Shown: one piece after another, positions 56,319 to 64,000 of the stretch
Layout: every line of letters begins with the position of its first letter
Numbering within the stretch: position 1 is the first letter of the stretch
Origin: Microbotryum violaceum
Lineage: Eukaryota
DNA length: 64,000 bases
Direction: 5' to 3'
NCBI GenBank assembly: GCA_001244265.2
Contig: CDLV01000006.1
Location: forward strand, 930,001-994,000
Program-made: the position numbers and the translations under genes
Notes under the pieces: model-generated
What the model was told of the DNA's origin: nothing
Seen by the model: only the letters and a program-made list of their open reading frames with translations
The model's database searches: none

Positions 56319-59300
56319 ATGCTTCCGACGGGGCTCAAGTCCAAGCGACGCACACCATCACCGACGACGTCTCCCTCGGCTGCCACCACCACCACGTCTC
56401 CCACCGCACCATCATCGGGGACAGCAACAGCCACGGCGACGGCGACCACCTCGTCACCGTCCAACGCAAACGGAGCACGACGCGTCGAGACAGGGTCCAA
56501 CGGCACCGACGTCGCCGTCCACGCCGTAGAGCCATCGACAAGCAGTACTACCTCTGACCACAAAGACTCGGATGCGAGCCTGACCACAACCACGCCTGCC
56601 ATGGCACCCATCGTCGCCGATGCATCCTCCTCCTCTCCTCCACGGACAACGCCGACCGCCATCACCATCGCCACCGCCTCAGACACATCGACCACATCGA
56701 CCACATCGACCACAACTCCGCATTCCCTCTCCCCGACGTCTTCCCCCGTGCATAGTGGCACAGCAGCCGTCGTCGCAGCGGTGCAACACTCGGCCGCGAC
56801 CGCCGCTTCCTCTTCTTCCCCTTCTTCCCCTTCTTCCCCTTCCTCTTCCCCCTCGTCCTCGTCCAACACAGCGTCCCCCTCCTCCCCCCGCACACCACCA
56901 GCACGGAGGGTCAAACTGTACCGGCTCAGGGACGACGCGTGGGAGGACCTCGGCACCGGCACCTGTGCCGTTCACTTTGTCGAATCCGCACCCGTCCTCA
57001 CCGCGGACGGTACAGAAGCCCACCACTCCATCTCGGTCGAGGATGGCTCTTGGATCATCGTACGCACGGAGCTGGGCTCGTCGAGTCATGCCGACCACGG
57101 CGAGGTGCTCTTACGGTCCAAAGTGATGCCGTATCCACCGGGTTACCTCTCGGACGACGACGACGACTTCGAAGTCGCGGCCGAGGATGGTAAGGATTCG
57201 CCCGAGGGCAAAGTCATCGACGCTGGCGGTTACCAGAGGCAACAGGATACGCTCATCGTATGGACGGAGAGGGAGACCGATCAGGAGATGGCTCTCAGCT
57301 TTGCGACCGCGCAAGGGTGTCATGAGATCTGGCAGTTCATCAAAGCCGCGAGGAAATGGAGTCGTGAGTAGAGTCGGCCGTCGTCAGTTCTTTGGGTTCG
57401 TACTAAACACCACGTTGAAACTTGAAACCTGCAGTCGAACAACCTTTGACCTCGCCCTCGCCCTCACCTTCGAGGGGATCATCGCCGCACCCCTTCCAGG
57501 TCTATGCGCATCAATCGACCGCCAAACTTACCGACCCGACGTTGGGCAATCTGCACGAACTCGAACACACGATTCGATCCCTGTCGAGGACCGCAGTCGG
57601 GAGGGAACGCACAGCGAGTACGATCGTCAAGAGCGAGTTCATTCAAAAGCTCATTCGAGTGCACGAAGAGGCCGAGGATCTCGAGAGTCTGGAGGATTTG
57701 CATGCGCTGTGCAGGGTCATGCAAACCATCCGTTAGTCCCCTCAGACCATCGACCGGAGCCTTTTCTTTTTCTGACTGCATCCATCACTACATACACAGT
57801 TCTATTGAATGACAACGTCATATTTGAGCTCGTACTGCGTGACGAGATTATTCTCGGCGTCGTCTCGATTCTCGAATGTAGGCTCGCTTCATCTGCACTT
57901 GACTTGGCCCGCTAGGAGGTGCTGATTCCCACCTCCCAACTCTCGCAGATGATCCCGAGTTCCCGACCATGAAGGCTTCTTACCGCGCCCACCTCGCCGA
58001 TCCTTCCCATTTTACCCAGGTCGTCCCAATCCGCTCTCCGGCCCTGCTAGCCAAGATCCACCAAACCCATCGCCTCCATTACCTCAAAGATGTCGTACTC
58101 GCGCGAGTCCTGGAGGATTCGACTTTCTCGATGCTCAACTCCGCCATCTATTTCAACGAAGTCGACATCGTCAATGAAATCGCCGGCGATCCTATCTTCC
58201 TTAGAGAGCTTTTTGCGCTGTTCGACGAGGAAGAAAAAGACGAGAAGAAGATGGCGACGACACCGACCAAGACCGACAAGGGGAAAGGCCGAGCACTGGA
58301 CGTGACCCAGTCCATCGGACCTCAACTTCCCTCCTCCATCGCTCTTGCCACCAGCTCGGCCAACGGCGACAGCCCGACCGCCAAGGATGCCGAGTCCACC
58401 TCCTCGCGCGATCGACAACTCGACGCCATTCTCTTCTTGCAACAGTTCGCGACCATGGCCAAGAACCTGCAAATCGCTTTACGGGCGCATTTTTTCCGCT
58501 CCCTCGCCGATCGAGGCCTACTGCGGGTTCTTGAAGTCGCTCTGGCACGCTCGATCCGAACCGACGAATCCGCACCTCAGTTGCGAGGAGCGACGATCGC
58601 GATCCTTATGACGCTTGTCGACCACGATCCCAATAACGTGCGGAGTTACAGTTTGAAACAACATGCTGCGCGCAAGCGACCGTTGATGGGGTTCTTGATC
58701 GATTTATTCTTGAGCGAGGAGGACCTCGGGTTGAAGGCGCAGATGAGTGAGGCGTTGAGGGTATTGGTCGATGCTGGAGGTGAGGGAGGGCCACTCGAGG
58801 TGAGTATTCTCGTGGGATGTAGGCTGGGATCGCTTTTACTGACTAGGGTATGACCTTGTTTTATAGGCCCCACCGCGTTTGCGACCGGAGGACCCCGAGG
58901 CGGAAAAGTTTTTGCAGTACTTCTACGACCATTGCGCACAAGCATTGCTCGCGCCGATACTGAAACTTCCCGACTCGGGTTCTGGTGCGTCACCCACTTC
59001 AAACTCTCGATTGGGTGACCTGGGTCCTCATATTGACAACATCTTCGTCTGCTTTGCACAGTTCCGCTCGAGCTCTCGGTACCTCGGATTGCCTTGTGCT
59101 CGCACCTCTGTGACCTCCTGTGCTTCTTCATCGCCCACCACACCTTTCGTTCCAAGTATTTTGTTCTCTCCTCATCGGTCGCAACGAACGTCGCCAAGCT
59201 CTTCCAAACGCGCCACAAGCACCTTCGCCTCGCTGCCTTACGTTTCTTCCGCGCATGCATCCAACGCAACGACGATTTCTATAACCGCTTCTTGATCAAG

Positions 59301-60293
59301 AACGACCTGTTCCGTCCGATCCTCGACCTCGCCGTTTCGGAACGTGATCACGACAACCTCCTCGGCTCGGCATGCCTCGATTTTTTCGAGTTCATCAAGA
59401 ACGTCAACGCCAAAGGCGCGATCAGTCATATCGTCGAAAGGTACGGGGATAAAGTACGTTTGCTCGCCACAACTTCAAAGACGTTCGAATCGCTCGTGAT
59501 CAAGTACGAACAGAATACGAGACCGCCACCTGCTGCGTTGACGACGTCGTCGATGGGCGCATCTTCGCTCGATGGATCGACGAGGGCGCATGCGCTAGGT
59601 TCGTTGGGCGGTGTGTCGATGTCGAGGGAGAACAGTACTGGTTGGGCGGGGAGGATGGATGTCGAAGAGGATGAATCGTACTTCAATGGATCGGACGACG
59701 AAGATGAAATCGGTCCTCCGGCACCGAACCCTTCCTCACCGACTTTATCGAAGAAACGACCTGGGAAAGAGGAGGATGAGCAGGCTTCGTCGCCTGAACG
59801 ACAAAAACGAGCAAAGTTGGAGGCTGGAGCTTCAAATGCGGCGTTGTTGCCTCTGGTTGATTATGGCGATGATGAGGATGAGCCTTTGACGGATGTAGAT
59901 GAGGAGGTCTCCAGTGGGGAAGGTGGGTTCATCAAGGATGATCCGGCTGTACCTTCGGCTTCTCAGGCGACCTCGACAACGGACAAGGAGGCTGAGGTTC
60001 CAAGGGAAGTCCCAAAACCAAGCCCCGAAGCGCCTCCACCACCGCTGCTCAGTCTCGCCGAGCTGAAGAAGAAGAAGGACGAGGAGGACGATGGCGCGAT
60101 GGGCTTCCTCAAAAACAAAAAGAAGTCCGCGTCTACGACAGCTGCTACACCCTCGAATGCGACCAATAGGTCTACTAGCAGTGGTGCCGCTGGGGGGATC
60201 AAGATCTCTCTGGGAGCGAGTGTCAAGGGGACGTTTTCTCGCCTCGGCGCTGGATCAGGAGCTTCGTCAAGTACGAACAAGAACAAGGAATAG
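56319..60293 (+). CDS. PSY2: PP4 regulatory subunit 3 (Psy2/SMEK)
   Basis: EVH1-like RRVKLYRL..WEDLGTG..YQRQQDTLIVWTE..MALSF; SMK-1 region KIHQTHRLHYLKDVVLARVLEDSTFSMLNS; KHLRLAALRFFR. Confidence 0.93.
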
Positions 60294-60460
60294 TCGTCGG
60301 GTCTGTCAATAAGAGGAAACAATGGATGAAACGAAAAAGGAACTATTGCAATCGCAGTTGTTGTGCCACAGTATGCAGAGGAACGCGGCCAATTCACTAT
60401 TATCGTGCGTGAGAACGGAATGAAAGCTCTTAGTCGACCTCAGAGTTTGCCCTGCTGGCG

Positions 60461-61475
60461 TCAACTCGAGAGAACCTTGTCGTCCGACCAGTTTTGCCAG
60501 TCTTGGGCGGTGAAGCTGCTGCTGATGGAAGGGTCGATGATGCCGTCCAATGCGACAGTCGGAGTGACGTGTACGCCTTGCAAGCGAGCGAAGCGGATCG
60601 CAAGCTTCAGATTCGCGGTGACTGAGTAGGGGCTCCGATGTTAGCTGTGGCATCAGCAAAGATACCTTTGCGAGTGAAGAACGCTCACCTGCAGTTCCAC
60701 TATTGCCCTCTCCGACCCTGATCGCAGCTCGAAACGCGTCGCGATCGACACCATGCTGAGCCGCCAAGTCGGCGAGTCGATCGCGGGTCGCGTTCGGCGT
60801 CTCCTTGGAGCATGGTTCGTCGTAATAGACTTTTTGTCCGTCCATGAGGGCGTAGAAGAACGCGCGGAACTTGTCTCCGACCTTGGGGTCACTGTAGGAG
60901 GATTTGCCTGAATCGACGAGGACTTTGCTGAAACCAAGGACGGCTTCGTGCACCAACGTCGACGAACTGTGCCTGTGATAACGAACGAGTCGAGCGAGAG
61001 CGTACACAAGCGTCAGGCTGACGATTTGGGGCGAGATAGATGAGGTACAGGTGACCGTATTACCATGGCTGTGGAACTGTGATGGAGATTTGACTTGGCT
61101 TTCAGCGGAGGTCGATACATGCGTTCTGCGCCCGAGCTTGCCTCACCTTGTCGAAGGATGATCTGCAGCGGAAGCTCGCCGGCCTCGATCTTGGGGATGA
61201 GATGGTCCCTGACGCCCTTGAGTTGCTTCTGAGAGAAGGGGCAGATCAGATCGACTACATCCACATGGTGATCGTGCGGTCGGGGGGAGGGGAGAATCGG
61301 CGTTAGCGAGTGATGGCGTGAGGCGATGACGTCGTCACATGTGGGGGGTCAGTCGTTTGCAATGGGAATCATTTCGCACGACCACAGCTCGAGTACACTC
61401 ACGATACAGCTCGAGCGTATGAGCCGCGCTCGGGCTTCCGATTCGGTGGGTAGCAAATTGAGGTGCTAGAGCCAT
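60461..61475 (-). CDS. Thioredoxin/DsbA-fold protein (CPFS)
   Basis: MALAPQF..HTLELY|LDLICPFS, Q|VPQPW|HSSSTLVHEA, RLQGVHVTPTVALDG, ISSSF..W. Confidence 0.85.
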
Positions 61476-61554
61476 GGTGGAGTCTGGTGGAATCTGGTGG
61501 GTCGGTGTGGTGCAGGTTTCAAGCATTGGAGAGGAGCCCGCGCGGCAGGCATCG

Positions 61555-64000
61555 TTAGTCGGAAATGCTGTCATTTCCGTTAGAAACCGTTGAGAAAAGG
61601 GGGCGTGTCACCGTCTTTGTCTCACCAAGCACGGGAAGCTCGGAAAATTGGCTGAACCGCAGAGGTTCTTGTGGTGGTTCATTTCCACTCGATGAATTCA
61701 CACGTACTGGTGTGCCTATCGACCCATACTGAGAAGTGGAGGCGGGGCCTCGATTGACGGATGACGAGGACTGACTGAGGACCCGGCCTGACCTCGATCT
61801 CGAGCTCGAGCATGGATCGGCGAGCAACGAAATAACCTCACCCCACCAGTCGATTTGTGGTACTAAATCCCAGACCAGAGCAAGGAGCTGGTTTTGAGTA
61901 GAAAAGTTGTTATACTTGGGTATCATTATGGCATTGCAGGTTATTCAAAGAGTGGTCGTGGCCCCCAAGAGTTTGAGGAGTCCTAAAACAATCTTCCCCT
62001 TCCCAGGGCCTTCAGACTCATTCTCCCAGCAAGCATTCCACCACACTGCCTTCGGTGCCCTCGTGATCAGCTGCAGACAATTGTATAATGACCTCGAGGA
62101 GATTGATGGCGTTCCTGAAATGCGTTCGCATACCGCACAAAGTTGGGAGGACGAGTTCCAGTGCTGTAGCCGCTTCAGGGAGATCGAGTGTTGCTGTCTC
62201 GCCCATCGACGTCCTCAATTCTATCAACGCCGAGAGGAGCCTGGGGTGCATTGGTGTGGGCGCAGAGATGACCTCCATGCCCGAGGCGTATTTCGGATCG
62301 TTGCTAGGTGTTGAAAGGGAATGCTGGCCCTCTCGGGTGCTGGTCCACGCGTCCGGGCTAGACCCATCGGATTGCCCCGAAGGGAGCTCCTCAAGGACGG
62401 CATCCGTAGCCGAGTCCTCGTTTTCCTCTTCTTTCGTCAGCGATTCTTCAGCACCTGCAGAACCAGCTTGTACTTGTGCTCCACTCCCACCCGGAGCGTT
62501 CGGAAGCGGTGTCTTGGGTGGTGGAGTGATCCGACGAGGAGGTCGGCGACGGGACCCAGATTCGGGTGAGCATCCTGCCGAGGTGGGCATCTCTTGATCG
62601 CTTGCACATGTGGAGTTCACTGAAGAGGTCGCAGGTATGATCAGATTCTCGGGTCGGGGTTTGGTTGTGTAGATCGTTTTTGAGGTGGGGTCTGGAGCTG
62701 CATCGAGCTTGGACGACGATTCCGACTCGACAGGGGTCCGGGATGGTGAAGTGCTAGAAGCGGAGAGAACGAGGGGGAGCACGCTTGGGAAACCTTGCTT
62801 CGTCAACGTAATCATAGCAGGCGTACTACTGCTAGTCCGAGGCTTATTGCAGGGAGACGAATCTGATTTCTGCCACGTTGATCCAACGCCATGTCGAGAC
62901 TTGCGACCGAAAGGGGACCCGTCCCCTCCCGGCGAGGCGATCGACCCACTTCCCGGTCGGCCCTTGATGGGGCTTTCACCCGTGGCGATCGGACCCGTGT
63001 CGTCCTCTGCTCGGTGTTTGGGTTCGTATTTGCGCTCAAATGGCTTGTGATCGAGTGAAGAAACCGTATCTTCGACCTTGGGTGTTGGGTTTGGCGATAT
63101 TCTCCGGGCCGTCGAGGTGGATTGTTGACTGCGCGAATGAAGTCGATAAAATATGAGGCTCGAAATCCCATCTTCTGCGGGGTCCTGACTTCATGGGGCT
63201 CACCTGGTTGTTCGAGAAGTGGTCGAAGATCCCTCCGACGACGAGGGGGAGATTGGACTCCCTCCTGCCGACGACGTAGCGATGATACTCCTTCGCCGAG
63301 CACCTGGGCTCTTCTCCAGCTCTTCGGCCGTGTAGGACATGTGTCGAGGAGTGGACGGGTCCGACCTGGGTGGAGAAGCCAGGATCTCTTCTTCTGCTAC
63401 ACCGAGGCTATCGACACGGCTGAGCTCATCCCCCGACACCCACTGGGCCGCTAAGCTAGCATCTTCAGGCATCCCCGCATCCCATTCGCCACTTGAATTG
63501 GGTGCACCCGCGGTCGAACGTTTTCCGCGTTGGCTCGTCATCATGGGATTGCCTTCCAAAGCGACCTTGAGATCACGGAAGAAGACGCGCGTAGGCGAAG
63601 GCGCCGATTCATGCACGTCTTGGACCTTGTCTGAACTCCCGACGGACGTGGGTTTGAGTCGGGGTAATTGAAACGGTGATCCCATATGACTCGACCCCCC
63701 GGGAGTGTAACACCCTTCGTCGGGGTTTGAAGATCTGAGGAAACTCATCAATGATTCCGAACCTGGCGATTCGGCCATATGCAAAGAAATCTTGCGCGTA
63801 TGAGGATCGAGCGATCGCGCAAATTCATCGGCAGCCAGGGCTTGTTCCTGCGCTTTGGTCATGCGAGACGTTGAACCCGTTACCACATTCCCCAACGACC
63901 CAACGCGACCCGTGCGAAAGAGGGAACCGGAGGAACGACTAATACGGATGGATTTGCGGAGTGCTGCGGCGATGGATTCACTCGTGCCACCATTGGGTTG
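61555..64000 (-). CDS. Large low-complexity hypothetical protein (5' end probably outside the window)
   Basis: Consecutive Ser/Pro-rich minus-strand ORFs (63200-63895, 62018-62815, 61555-61926) with GT-AG boundaries; no domain recognised. Confidence 0.5.

Noticed and set aside
55604..56962. 452-aa minus-strand ORF
   Set aside because: Antisense shadow of the low-complexity PSY2 N-terminus in GC-rich DNA.

Overview
Intron-rich fungal (basidiomycete) nuclear DNA. GC content, splice motifs and gene set suggest Pucciniomycotina, plausibly Microbotryum-like (inference). About 22 spliced genes are recognisable: a Pcl/Clg1-type cyclin, Ind1/NUBPL, a secreted His/Lys repeat protein, an M28 ERMP1-like peptidase, a TPT-family transporter, an acyltransferase-3-like protein, Rho3, a SelK-like protein, CDC48, NADP-GDH, GH26, an isochorismatase-like protein, MTD1, EMC3, NCS1, an AA11 LPMO, a PCI-domain protein, a Nudix DDP1-like hydrolase, PP1 inhibitor-2, PSY2/PP4R3, a thioredoxin-fold protein and a partial unknown gene. 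The accessory part is a ~5.9-kb TIR DNA transposon (3292-9184). It has GAGC..GCTC ends, a 3-bp TTG TSD, inverted subterminal 22-23-bp arrays, a decayed Harbinger-like transposase, a convergent HMG-box-like accessory gene and two nested fold-backs. Best leads: this element, the His-rich N-glycosylated repeat protein, a 3-nt micro-exon plus a GC-AG intron in Rho3, and a Cys-type SelK homologue. CDS coordinates are manually inferred start-to-stop spans including introns.
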